Below, piece after piece: positions 49,718-58,211 of a stretch of DNA of 64,000 nucleotides. The stretch's first letter is position 1. The number at the start of each line of letters is the position of its first letter. Source of the DNA: a virus. The notes under the pieces are model-generated. The model was given only the letters and a program-made list of their open reading frames with translations, was not told the origin of the DNA and searched no databases. The DNA lies in IMG/VR virus record IMGVR_UViG_3300042402_001868, positions 32,001 to 96,000 of that record; one strand, given 5' to 3'. A program made the position numbers and the translations under genes.

Positions 49718-50689
49718 TTATTCTGAAAGAGTGTATTGCCAGTATGAAGATTCACTTAACCAGTTGAAGTAATTTTGAAATCCTTCTTGTACATCTACTT
49801 TGGGGTCGTAACCTAGAATTGTTCTAGCACGATCAATGTTTAGTGCACCACGTGACGGAAAGTCTGCATCTTTGTCCTTGCACTCAATAGAGCCTTTGCC
49901 CACAATCTTAACAATCATTTCAGCGGCTTCTAACAAGCTCACTGAGTGTGATTTGGTGATATTGTAGGTGCCATTGCGACTCATGATGCGAATAGCAGCC
50001 GCCACAATACCATCGGCAGCATCGTCCACATAGGTAAAGTCTAGCGTCTCCCCTGCCCCATTAACTTTGAGAACGCCTCCTCGCATGGCGCCGAGCATAA
50101 ATTTTGCCACGACTCGGTCTTCCACGTCCAAGGGGCCGTATACAGCACTAGGCCTAATAACAGCGTAATCGAAAGCGCCGCGGCGATGGTAGTCTTTGAC
50201 AATGTCTTCTCCAGTTAATTTCATAATGCCATATTGGCCAATAGGTCGGCAGTCGTAGTCTTCTTCCACTTGATCATCAAAGTCGCCATACACCATTGAA
50301 CTTGAAATGTACACCACACGTTCTACACCGTGCTTTTTGGCACTCTCGCAAACATTGATCAAGCCTTCCATCATCACACGACTGCCCCAGGCAGGATTGG
50401 CATTGACAACTTTCTGTCGTGGAAAACTGGCCATGTGAATAATCACTTCAGGCTTGTGTTTATTTACTAGCCAATCAAAGTTGTCAGCATCTGTAATATC
50501 GATGTGATAGATGTTGTTGCCTGATATCTTTTTTAATCGTTCAGTCATCAAATAGTCAAGTTCCGCTTGTGGGATAATTCCGTAGTTGGTACGAGTGTCT
50601 GTGATGATTACTTCGTGCTCTAGAGCCTCTAATCGTTGCACAACATTGTGTCCAATTAGACCTAGTCCGCCTGTTACTAATATTTTCAT
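49718..50689 (-). CDS. NAD-dependent epimerase/dehydratase (extended SDR, NDP-sugar)
   Basis: MKILVTGGLGLIG, SSSMVYG, YGIMK (YxxxK), DFTYVDD. Start set at the ATG at 50689. Confidence 0.9.
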   Translation of the reverse strand: MKILVTGGLGLIGHNVVQRLEALEHEVIITDTRTNYGIIPQAELDYLMTERLKKISGNNIYHIDITDADNFDWLVNKHKPEVIIHMASFPRQKVVNANPAWGSRVMMEGLINVCESAKKHGVERVVYISSSMVYGDFDDQVEEDYDCRPIGQYGIMKLTGEDIVKDYHRRGAFDYAVIRPSAVYGPLDVEDRVVAKFMLGAMRGGVLKVNGAGETLDFTYVDDAADGIVAAAIRIMSRNGTYNITKSHSVSLLEAAEMIVKIVGKGSIECKDKDADFPSRGALNIDRARTILGYDPKVDVQEGFQNYFNWLSESSYWQYTLSE

Positions 50690-51015
50690 TTGTTGCCCCA
50701 TTTCAATGTCCAAAAGATTTGATCCTGTTCGCTTAGTCTTGCCATGATACGATACAAGTGTCCATAACTAGAAATATCTGCTTGACGAGTCCAGTAAGGT
50801 TTCTCTACGGCATGTTCCATAATAAATTTACCAGCATCGCTTTCCTGCCATTTCCATATGGGATCAGCAACAAATAAATCAGGATCTTCAACATCTCCCA
50901 TGCGTATCTGGTGTACACACACATCACGGAATGTTACAGCCCGGTCTCCAACAATTTCAGTCCGTTCGGGTTTCCATTGCTGGTATTCGTCTGGGCGAGT
51001 GCTTGTTATTGCCAT
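50686..51015 (-). CDS. Hypothetical protein
   Basis: 109-aa ORF with ATGA overlap to the epimerase; promoter immediately upstream. Confidence 0.6.
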   Translation of the reverse strand: MAITSTRPDEYQQWKPERTEIVGDRAVTFRDVCVHQIRMGDVEDPDLFVADPIWKWQESDAGKFIMEHAVEKPYWTRQADISSYGHLYRIMARLSEQDQIFWTLKWGNK

Positions 51016-51020
51016 GCGCT

Positions 51021-51049
51021 AGTATAGCATGAGGATTAGTCTTTAGCAA
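51021..51049 (-). promoter_or_regulatory. sigma70-like promoter TTGCTA-17-TATACT (extended TGn), likely leaderless
   Basis: Minus strand reads gTTGCTAaagactaatcctcatgcTATACTagcgcATG. Confidence 0.5.
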
Positions 51050-51707
51050 CCAAGTCGGCTGCCAGTGGGAAGATTGCTGTGATAGCTTTGGCACATGCCC
51101 TTGCAATCTCTTGGTGTTCTTTTTGTGTGCCGTTAGCACTACGCAATTCAATAAAGTGAATCCATGAGCGCAAGGTACCATTCATGTACAGTCTACTTTC
51201 AATCAGGCCTTCGGGCAACACGGCTCGGGCTTGTTCTTTAGCAATGCCATTTTTGATTGCCCATTCGTATTCACGTTGGGCCGCATAGATCACTCGTTGT
51301 TGCGCACGGAACCATTCGTTTTGTAGCAATACATCATCTGTCTCTACACTGTTTTGTCTATTCTTTGTGTCTTGCAGTCTAGCTTCTCTTGTAACAAAGT
51401 TGAGATCCTTTGTTGGGTCAGCATAGCGTTGAGAGAACTCTTGGAAACTAAAGCTTCTGTGTCTAAGGATTTGTCTTGCAATGTCTCTTGTGGTTGTAAT
51501 TTCCATGCAGGCTGACACCATTTCGAGTGGGCTCCAGTGCTGGTGTTTGACCAAGTATCGGATAAGTTTGTCTGATGTATCTGTGTTGAGCTGATTGGAG
51601 GGATTGCTGACACGGGCGCAATACGCAATGAGTTCCTGCGCATCGCCGATGCCCATATCTGCAAATCTCTCTGTTGGCTGTGAATAGGATAGTAATTGAA
51701 CATCCAT
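51036..51707 (-). CDS. thyX: FAD-dependent thymidylate synthase
   Basis: ThyX motif RHRSFSFQEFSQRY, plus ARVS, HWSPLE, EQARAVLP, LRSWIHF, QKEH. Confidence 0.95.
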   Translation of the reverse strand: MDVQLLSYSQPTERFADMGIGDAQELIAYCARVSNPSNQLNTDTSDKLIRYLVKHQHWSPLEMVSACMEITTTRDIARQILRHRSFSFQEFSQRYADPTKDLNFVTREARLQDTKNRQNSVETDDVLLQNEWFRAQQRVIYAAQREYEWAIKNGIAKEQARAVLPEGLIESRLYMNGTLRSWIHFIELRSANGTQKEHQEIARACAKAITAIFPLAADLVAKD

Positions 51708-51709
51708 GT

Positions 51710-51717
51710 TATTTATA
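51710..51717 (-). promoter_or_regulatory. T4-type late promoter TATAAATA
   Basis: Exact consensus 2 nt upstream of the thyX ATG. Confidence 0.55.
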
Positions 51718-52015
51718 GTCCGTTAAGGAGTTTATCAGTTTCGGGTTGTAAAAGTTTGGCTACTTCGCTGACATCAACAACAAAGTCAATGTCTTTGACT
51801 TCGTCGCCAAATTCAGTTAGTGTACGGGTCAAGACAATTTCTAATTCGTCCATGTCAAGACCTTGTTTTTTAAGTGTAGCCAGATTGATGGTCCGTTGTT
51901 TCTTGCCATGCAATCTAATTACAACTTTTTTAATGCACTCAAGTGGGATTTCAGTCTTGTTTACTTCTTCAATGATGTGTTCCCACTTGGCCAGGAACTC
52001 ATCACTGAACTGCAT
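51713..52015 (-). CDS. Hypothetical protein
   Basis: 100-aa ORF overlapping its upstream neighbour. Confidence 0.6.
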   Translation of the reverse strand: MQFSDEFLAKWEHIIEEVNKTEIPLECIKKVVIRLHGKKQRTINLATLKKQGLDMDELEIVLTRTLTEFGDEVKDIDFVVDVSEVAKLLQPETDKLLNGL

Positions 52016-52736
52016 CAGCTGATACTACCTTGGCCTTGGGAGGACGACCACGACGTGTGGCAGCGGTAGTAGGCTGTGCCTGTTCTTGTACCACTGGCGC
52101 CATGTTGTTTAATTTCACAGCCGGGTACATGCGCTGGGCATCCTTCTTCATTCTGGCAGCTTCGGCAATCATGCCTTTGGCTTCTGATTCCATTCGCTTG
52201 GCCTGCGACAACATGTTCATGGCCAGTGACTTGTCGTCAAGGGCACCATCCACACTTGCAAGCAGTGGTTCGGGTTGTGCATTACGCTCTTGCAGACGTT
52301 TGAATTCTGCTTCAGCTTTGCGCTTCACAGCAGGATCAACCAGTCCGGTACTCTTGTCAATTTCACGCAGGCGATTGATAGCAGCCTCACCTGTTTCCAT
52401 CTCTTTGATGATACGGTTGAGTTCGTCTAGCTTGACATTGCTTTGGGCGTTGGGTGTCACAATAACTTGATTGCTAGGAATCTTCTTAATCATACCCTCG
52501 CGGTGCAAGGCCTCCAGCTGTGGGCGACCATCTGGCAGTACTCCACGATGCAAAGCATCTGCCAAGTTAGTGGCCTGTTGCCCCACTGGGCTTTCCAATG
52601 TCTTCATGATTGAATCATGAATGTGTGTTGGCAAAGTCTCTGGATAAATCACAAGGCACATATGATCCTCGCCAGGTACTTCTCTAAATAAAATTGCAAC
52701 CTTGCGGTCTCCGTGTCTTCCGATGTGTTTAAGCAT
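52002..52736 (-). CDS. Hypothetical protein with coiled coil and C-terminal AT-hook-like RRGRPPK
   Basis: 244-aa ORF with GGAG SD. Confidence 0.65.
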   Translation of the reverse strand: MLKHIGRHGDRKVAILFREVPGEDHMCLVIYPETLPTHIHDSIMKTLESPVGQQATNLADALHRGVLPDGRPQLEALHREGMIKKIPSNQVIVTPNAQSNVKLDELNRIIKEMETGEAAINRLREIDKSTGLVDPAVKRKAEAEFKRLQERNAQPEPLLASVDGALDDKSLAMNMLSQAKRMESEAKGMIAEAARMKKDAQRMYPAVKLNNMAPVVQEQAQPTTAATRRGRPPKAKVVSADAVQ

Positions 52737-52929
52737 TTGCTTCTCCTTGAGTGTTTGCAGATTGTTCTACTGCCTGAGCCTGAACGGATTCGATAAAGAG
52801 TCCGAGTTTTTCATACAACTCACCAACCTGCTTCATTTCGGATGCTTTGAATGCACCGCGAGTACAAGCCGCGTCAATGATGCTCTTGAGAGAAACCATA
52901 TCAGTGATTGTTAGTTGAGTATTTTCCAT
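52729..52929 (-). CDS. Small conserved-type phage protein (IIDAACTRGAFKASEM)
   Basis: 66 aa, preceded by a TAAATA motif. Confidence 0.6.
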   Translation of the reverse strand: MENTQLTITDMVSLKSIIDAACTRGAFKASEMKQVGELYEKLGLFIESVQAQAVEQSANTQGEANA

Positions 52930-52934
52930 ACAAA

Positions 52935-52940
52935 TATTTA
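52935..52940 (-). promoter_or_regulatory. Late promoter core TAAATA
   Basis: Lies 5 nt upstream of the ATG at 52929 in an intergenic gap. Confidence 0.45.
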
Positions 52941-52965
52941 ACGAGAAAATACTTGATGGTAATTT

Positions 52966-53148
52966 TTATTTGATCCCAAAATGTTCTTTGATCTGATTCA
53001 TTGCATCATCGTATCCGTTTAGATACAGATTATACATGCACTCTCTCACAATCAAATCAGCCAGTTGATCAATTTTATCAACTGCAATCCACTTACCGCT
53101 TACGTCGGTTCCTATTTGGTTTACTAATTCCTGTAGCTTGGGTTCCAT
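52966..53148 (-). CDS. Hypothetical protein
   Basis: 60-aa ORF ending ADLIVREC...IKEHFG, in a run of small same-strand genes. Confidence 0.55.
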   Translation of the reverse strand: MEPKLQELVNQIGTDVSGKWIAVDKIDQLADLIVRECMYNLYLNGYDDAMNQIKEHFGIK

Positions 53149-53332
53149 ATTTCTTTTCCAAAACTGGTTTAATATTAATATCGTAAATTTGTTCCATCAC
53201 ACGCCATAATCCCCGGCGTTCTAGTGCGGTCATGCCACGAACCCAAGGCGGGTCTGTGGCTAATTTTGGCACTTCATAATCTTCTCTATACATTACGCAC
53301 ATGGAGTGAATGATCTCTTCAGGAGTTTTCAC
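53093..53332 (-). CDS. Hypothetical protein
   Basis: 79 aa; GTGA overlap with the upstream gene. Confidence 0.5.
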   Translation of the reverse strand: MKTPEEIIHSMCVMYREDYEVPKLATDPPWVRGMTALERRGLWRVMEQIYDINIKPVLEKKYGTQATGISKPNRNRRKR

Positions 53333-53568
53333 TTGTATTCCTTGATATCCTTATGCGTGACCACAACAACATGATGTACCTGGCCGTTGTGCTTGATGGG
53401 TAAATCTAAATGCACAGTGATACGTGGACCTTCGGTGTAATTGATCACAGTATCGTTGCCTACAGTTCCAACAAAGGGGATCTTGTTCCAATGTCCAAAC
53501 ACACGATCACCAATGTACCATATCGGCTGATAGCCAATACGATTAAAGTAATCTGATTGATTGCCCAT
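53329..53568 (-). CDS. Hypothetical protein (SH3-like small beta domain)
   Basis: 79 aa with IGDRVFG...VGTV; coupled to both neighbours. Confidence 0.55.
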   Translation of the reverse strand: MGNQSDYFNRIGYQPIWYIGDRVFGHWNKIPFVGTVGNDTVINYTEGPRITVHLDLPIKHNGQVHHVVVVTHKDIKEYK

Positions 53569-53747
53569 TACATTTTCATCTTGTGACCTGACAGGAAGAA
53601 ATTAACACCAGCAATAGCAAAATTAATTGCGGCGTTAACATAGTTTCCAACCGCTAGTGAACTCAACCCTGCCATAACGCAGATACCAATAACAAACCAA
53701 GTAATAGCAATTTGGTGTGTGATATACCATGTTCTAAAAGCACTCAT
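53568..53747 (-). CDS. 59-aa membrane protein, two hydrophobic helices (not in ORF track)
   Basis: Reads MSAFRTWYITHQIAITWFVIGICVMAGLSSLAVGNYVNAAINFAIAGVNFFLSGHKMKM*, with ATGA and TAATG overlaps. Confidence 0.6.
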   Translation of the reverse strand: MSAFRTWYITHQIAITWFVIGICVMAGLSSLAVGNYVNAAINFAIAGVNFFLSGHKMKM

Positions 53748-53932
53748 GTTAGTTTCCTTTCGTGTACAAGAGTTTCAAACTGTTCAAACAGTTCTTCAAA
53801 CTTATGATGATAAACAGCAGACAATGCCTCAAAATCGGCACTCCCTGCATTCCGCTTGGCCAACAACTTGACGTCATCAACCATGCCCCAGCAACTCATA
53901 ATCTGTTGCTCAAAATCAAAACGGTCTGTCAT
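53744..53932 (-). CDS. Hypothetical protein (MTDRFDFEQQIMSCW...)
   Basis: Start set at the ATG at 53932 (ATGA overlap). Confidence 0.6.
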   Translation of the reverse strand: MTDRFDFEQQIMSCWGMVDDVKLLAKRNAGSADFEALSAVYHHKFEELFEQFETLVHERKLT

Positions 53933-54063
53933 TGCTTCCATTCCTGTCTGGCCTTAAGGGCCTCTATAAAAATTTTCTTACCTATTTCCCATAGTGGATG
54001 CCAAACGTATCCTACCACTGCACCCAAGGCAAACCAATTTAATGCGTTGAGAAAGTCTTGCAT
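53929..54063 (-). CDS. 44-aa single-TM protein (not in ORF track)
   Basis: Reads MQDFLNALNWFALGAVVGYVWHPLWEIGKKIFIEALKARQEWKQ*; overlaps both neighbours. Confidence 0.55.
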   Translation of the reverse strand: MQDFLNALNWFALGAVVGYVWHPLWEIGKKIFIEALKARQEWKQ

Positions 54064-54260
54064 TAGGCCATCCTATCTACGTTTTGTCCCGGACGATTCA
54101 TGTACCGGTTCATTTCAATACGCTTCAACTCGTCCTGTTCTCGACGTGCCTTGGTCTGTTGTTGCTCAACCACTGCCTCGTTGTGACGTTGGTCTGCTTT
54201 CTTTACCTCAGTGCGCTGATAGACTTGGTTGTTCCACTCAGCAACCTTATCAACGCCCAC
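54063..54260 (-). CDS. 65-aa coiled-coil protein ending GQNVDRMA
   Basis: GTG start at 54260 with GAGGAG SD; the longer track ORF would lie within the VWA gene. Confidence 0.5.
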   Translation of the reverse strand: MGVDKVAEWNNQVYQRTEVKKADQRHNEAVVEQQQTKARREQDELKRIEMNRYMNRPGQNVDRMA

Positions 54261-55542
54261 TTGCCTTCTCCTCGTCATAGTAAGCATATTGACCCCATGG
54301 TGGCTCAATAGTTGTGGTGCCATGCAAGATCCAAACTGTATCTGCATAGTTCTCGTCACCCCAAGATCCAAATGGGTATCCGTCTGTAAACACTACAAGA
54401 CGCTTGGGCTCAATCTCGTTCTCTTTTAAGTAACTGTAGATGGCGTCAAAGTCTGTACCACCACCACCTTTGACCTCGTAGTCGCAAATGTCATCCAAGT
54501 TGTCACTGTCGTATTGTGCAGGGTTATATGCTTCTGTGTCAAAAGTAAACACATGGATCTTGTATGCAGGAAACGAGTCCATGATACCCTGTATCTCGCC
54601 CAGGAAGTCTTTGAGCATGGTCTCACTAATAGAACCTGAAGCGTCCAGTGCCACAGCAATATCAATCATGGGATCCACCTTCATGCCAGGCATGACAGCA
54701 TCCATGTGCCAGCCCTTGCGGCTTGCTCTCATCCAAGTGTAGTCACTCTTAATTGTGCTCTCTAATTGCATACGGAGCAGTTCTCGCCAGTTCATCTGGG
54801 GCTCTGTGAGCTCTTGGATAAGACGCTTGACACCTGCGGGCAAGTTACCTGCGCCATCTACTGTAGCGGCTGCCGCCAACATGGCTTCTTTAATCTCGTC
54901 TTTAATAGCTTGACGCTCTTCTGCCGACAGTTTGGGACGACCTTTGCCTTCTTTCTCGTTGCCACCGTCGCCACCATCTTCATCCTCGTCGCCTTCTCCA
55001 TCCAAGTGCTCGTCAATCATCTGGTCCAACAACTTGCCAATGTCAATTTTCTCTGCCTTCTCGTACAACAGGTCATAGATCTCTTCCGAGCTCATGCCGT
55101 CATACTTGGGATCATGTAAACAAGGCACTGTAGTAATTTTCTCGCCCACACGATGTTTAATTAAATCTGCGTTGACACAATAGTCATTGGCAATGTTAAA
55201 CAACTGGTGGTCTCGCTCACCTCTGCGTCCAAAGTGGTCATACACACAATGTAGCACCTCGTGTCCAAACAAGAATTCGATTTCTTTGGGACGCAACATT
55301 TTAATGAAGCGGCTATTGTAGTAAAAGTTTCTGCCATCTGTTGCGGCAGTTGAGCACCACTCGTCTGCGTTGACCAGTTTCAAACGAGTTGCCAAGTTAC
55401 CAAAGAAACTTGCCTTAAGCAAAAGGCCCACACGAGCAGTGATAAGCATCTCGCGTACTTCTCTGTCAAGTTTGGGATCTGTCTTGCCCAGAAGATTAGC
55501 AAACTTCTTTTTGTCTTCTTTTGTTGCAGTAGTAGATGTCAT
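54250..55542 (-). CDS. Putative metallopeptidase (HExxH) plus VWA domain protein (DUF2201-like)
   Basis: TAATDG, HEVLH, NIANDY.VN, an acidic linker, MIDAS DASGS, GGGGTDF, FTDG. Start set at the ATG at 55542 with AAAGG SD. Confidence 0.85.
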   Translation of the reverse strand: MTSTTATKEDKKKFANLLGKTDPKLDREVREMLITARVGLLLKASFFGNLATRLKLVNADEWCSTAATDGRNFYYNSRFIKMLRPKEIEFLFGHEVLHCVYDHFGRRGERDHQLFNIANDYCVNADLIKHRVGEKITTVPCLHDPKYDGMSSEEIYDLLYEKAEKIDIGKLLDQMIDEHLDGEGDEDEDGGDGGNEKEGKGRPKLSAEERQAIKDEIKEAMLAAAATVDGAGNLPAGVKRLIQELTEPQMNWRELLRMQLESTIKSDYTWMRASRKGWHMDAVMPGMKVDPMIDIAVALDASGSISETMLKDFLGEIQGIMDSFPAYKIHVFTFDTEAYNPAQYDSDNLDDICDYEVKGGGGTDFDAIYSYLKENEIEPKRLVVFTDGYPFGSWGDENYADTVWILHGTTTIEPPWGQYAYYDEEKASGR

Positions 55543-55568
55543 ATATGCCTTTCTAATTTGTATAACGT

Positions 55569-55597
55569 ATTGTAGCAAAGAGCAATTTATTGGTCAA
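55569..55597 (-). promoter_or_regulatory. sigma70 early promoter TTGACC-17-TACAAT
   Basis: TTGACCaataaattgctctttgcTACAAT, nearly identical to the promoter at 57027-57055. Confidence 0.75.
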
Positions 55598-55605
55598 GTT
55601 AAAGA

Positions 55606-55651
55606 GGAGGGCAGTGCGACACAGCCCTGTGTTTTTTGAACACCACCCTCC
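55606..55651 (-). terminator. Long stem-loop after the AAA ATPase gene (terminator/processing site)
   Basis: On the minus-strand RNA, GGAGGGUGGUG pairs with CACUGCCCUCC, with an inner ACACA/UGUGU stem, followed by UCUUU. Confidence 0.5.
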
Positions 55652-55658
55652 CGATTAA

Positions 55659-56741
55659 TTAAGCGGATGCCTGCAAAATGTACTTACCAAAACGCTGGTG
55701 GAACTCATCAAAGTTCTTGAGCTTAGTGGGCAAGAAGGGCAAGTCGTATGTGGTAAGAGCAATACGAGCACCCATAACTGTCAACTCTGTCTCAAAGTTC
55801 TTCATCATATAGCCCAGGAAGTTGTCTGCCATGTCGTGGAACTCTTTGTCTGCTGTCTTGTTCTCCACAGCGGCCTTGAGCTCATAGCACATGGAGATCA
55901 CCAAACTGTACATGGCACTGACCTCTTTGACATTCAAGTCCTTGACCTTGCCCTTAAGGATGTCTAAAGGATTAGGCATCTTGCTGGCAACCTTGCGGTG
56001 AGCCATAAACTTAACAGCAAGACCTTCGCCTACTGTACCAGCAATTAAGTTGGTCAGGGTGTCGTTGTCGCACTCGTCATCCAAAAGCTCGCTTACAAAA
56101 CTCCATGAGCGCGGTGTAGCAAAGGCACGACTGGCACTCTTAGCATCGAAGTCGTATAAGTCTTGCTTGGCAAAACTCAAATAACCCACAACATCTTTGT
56201 GAATCTTGTTTAGAACAGCCCACTCTTGCCAAGACGCAAAGTCCACTTTCATCTCTTGGTGGATGAAACGATTAGCAAGCGGAGTGGGCATACGATAGGT
56301 AACGCCTTTGTCGCTTTCTCTGTTGCCTGCGGCTACCATAACAACATTGTCTGGCAATTTGTATTTGCCAATACGACGATTCAAAATAAGCTGATAGGCG
56401 GCACTCTGAACACTGGGTGCGGCACTGTTCAACTCGTCTAAGAACAAGACCACAACAGGATACTGGCTGGCCAGTTCGTCATCGGGTAGTTCTACTGGGG
56501 GAGCCCAATCCATCTTGCCCGAGTCCTTGTTATAGAACGGGATGCCACGAATGTCTGTGGGCTCCATCTGACCCAAGCGCAGGTCAATCATGTAGCCACC
56601 AAGATCTCGGGTGATATTCTCCACAAGCTCAGATTTACCGATGCCGGGAGGACCCCACAAGAACAAGGGACGCTGAACTTTAAATGCTTTAAGCAGGGAT
56701 TTACGAGCCTGTACGGCTGTGACGGTGCGGGTATCTGACAT
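55659..56741 (-). CDS. AAA+ ATPase (MoxR/dynein-related AAA_5-like)
   Basis: Walker A GPPGIGKS, Walker B LFLDE, AAGN, LANRF, TPRSW. Confidence 0.88.
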   Translation of the reverse strand: MSDTRTVTAVQARKSLLKAFKVQRPLFLWGPPGIGKSELVENITRDLGGYMIDLRLGQMEPTDIRGIPFYNKDSGKMDWAPPVELPDDELASQYPVVVLFLDELNSAAPSVQSAAYQLILNRRIGKYKLPDNVVMVAAGNRESDKGVTYRMPTPLANRFIHQEMKVDFASWQEWAVLNKIHKDVVGYLSFAKQDLYDFDAKSASRAFATPRSWSFVSELLDDECDNDTLTNLIAGTVGEGLAVKFMAHRKVASKMPNPLDILKGKVKDLNVKEVSAMYSLVISMCYELKAAVENKTADKEFHDMADNFLGYMMKNFETELTVMGARIALTTYDLPFLPTKLKNFDEFHQRFGKYILQASA

Positions 56742-56785
56742 GGGCTGTGCCTTTCTAGGGTTGAAATTTAACTAACTAAGCTTCT

Positions 56786-56814
56786 ATTGTAACAAAACAC
56801 GATTTTCGTGTCAA
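56786..56814 (-). promoter_or_regulatory. sigma70 early promoter TTGACA-17-TACAAT
   Basis: TTGACAcgaaaatcgtgttttgtTACAAT upstream of the AAA gene. Confidence 0.8.
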
Positions 56815-56996
56815 CTGTTAACTGTTGCAAAAGGGCTACAGTCTTCTTGATTCTGATTGACAGGATCTTCAGAAGGGTCCGCAACTTCATACACCCAATT
56901 GATGGGCACATCGAGAAGTCGTGCAATAGTAACGGGCAAGTAGCCCTCAACTAACATACCGTCGATTTCCACGGCAAGATTGCTCATAGCACTCAT
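56811..56996 (-). CDS. Small hypothetical protein (HTH-like segment TIARLLDVPINWV)
   Basis: 61 aa with AAGGAG SD and its own promoter. Confidence 0.55.
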   Translation of the reverse strand: MSAMSNLAVEIDGMLVEGYLPVTIARLLDVPINWVYEVADPSEDPVNQNQEDCSPFATVNS

Positions 56997-57026
56997 AACT
57001 AACTCCTTTTTAACTACAATACACGT

Positions 57027-57055
57027 ATTATAGCAAAAAGCAATTTAATGGTCAA
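57027..57055 (-). promoter_or_regulatory. sigma70 early promoter TTGACC-17-TATAAT
   Basis: TTGACCattaaattgctttttgcTATAAT. Confidence 0.8.
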
Positions 57056-58211
57056 CCAGGGAAATATCCTTGGGCAGTTGTGGGGTAAAATCTTTGATGT
57101 AAATGGCTGAACTCATACAGGCCTTGAATCCGTCATGTAGTGTCCAAATGTCAGGATATTTGTTGTGTAGGTATTGCAACCCATGCAGCCAATGGTTATA
57201 AACCGTTGGATTGGTTTTTTCGGCTAGATCTTTAAGTACTGCACTGTCGGGGTTGACAATACTGCTGACGCCGTTATCGGCAATGGTAGTATACCAATGT
57301 TTATTGTATCCAGATGCAGACACTACATCAGCTACTCTACTACGACCAAAACTTTTGTTCCATTCGGCATATAAATCACCACGCTCACGTAGACTACGAT
57401 TGGATTTTTTACCCTGCACTTCATGCACAAAGTCATGGCTACATTCTGGATGACTTTCCAGCCATTTGATAATCATCCATACTTGCTTGATATACAATCT
57501 TGTGGCTTCGGGACACAAATAAAACAAGTGTCTAGGACTATTTAAATGAGCTGTGAGAGCAACGTCGGGCATTTGCGCATACCACTTACCGTTGTGCAAA
57601 CTAACTCTTGGCTTGTCCACTCCATTGATATCGCACCTACCAATGATATGATCTAGTCCTATAAAATCTTTATGGTGTACCGCTGTATTATATCTATAAG
57701 TTTTAGTAAAATTATGATTTTCTCCAGGCCCATGATAGATCCAGTCAGATCCATGCTCTTGATAAAATTTAAATGTGGTGTCTTGATCGTATTCAATATA
57801 CCTAATGTTTAACCAAGGCTGTAGATGATTTTTAATCAGATGAGCCTGTTGTAGCGCAACCTGAGCTTCAATGTTGTCATGAGTTTTGATATAAGGCTTA
57901 TGGAATATTAGTATTTCGTCTAATCGAGTGTTAGTACGTAAAATACTATCCAGGATAGTGTGACTATCGTACCCAGCACTATACCAAAGAGCTAGATATT
58001 GATACTCTTCTCGCAGTATTCTAACACGTTGATCAATAAGATCATAAACTGATTCTTCTGGCTCAGTAGTCCAGTCATGCTGGCGGTGAGCATCGTCTGC
58101 AAAATAAAAATGCACACGACTCAGGTCACCGCCAGCTGCCTCTACTGCCAAAAGTTTGTTGGTAGTTTTATAGTCACCGACTTGATAGTAAAGGTATTGA
58201 CTTGAATTCAT
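57045..58211 (-). CDS. PP-loop (adenine nucleotide alpha-hydrolase-like) protein
   Basis: LWYSAGYDS, a variant of SGGxDS; overlaps the end of the tctC-like gene by 4 nt. Confidence 0.5.
   Translation of the reverse strand: MNSSQYLYYQVGDYKTTNKLLAVEAAGGDLSRVHFYFADDAHRQHDWTTEPEESVYDLIDQRVRILREEYQYLALWYSAGYDSHTILDSILRTNTRLDEILIFHKPYIKTHDNIEAQVALQQAHLIKNHLQPWLNIRYIEYDQDTTFKFYQEHGSDWIYHGPGENHNFTKTYRYNTAVHHKDFIGLDHIIGRCDINGVDKPRVSLHNGKWYAQMPDVALTAHLNSPRHLFYLCPEATRLYIKQVWMIIKWLESHPECSHDFVHEVQGKKSNRSLRERGDLYAEWNKSFGRSRVADVVSASGYNKHWYTTIADNGVSSIVNPDSAVLKDLAEKTNPTVYNHWLHGLQYLHNKYPDIWTLHDGFKACMSSAIYIKDFTPQLPKDISLVDH

Noticed and set aside
57045-58211. PP-loop protein as QueC (7-deazaguanine DNA modification)
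   Set aside because: It lacks the C-terminal Cys zinc motif of QueC, and no folE, queD, queE or dpdA is recognisable in the window.
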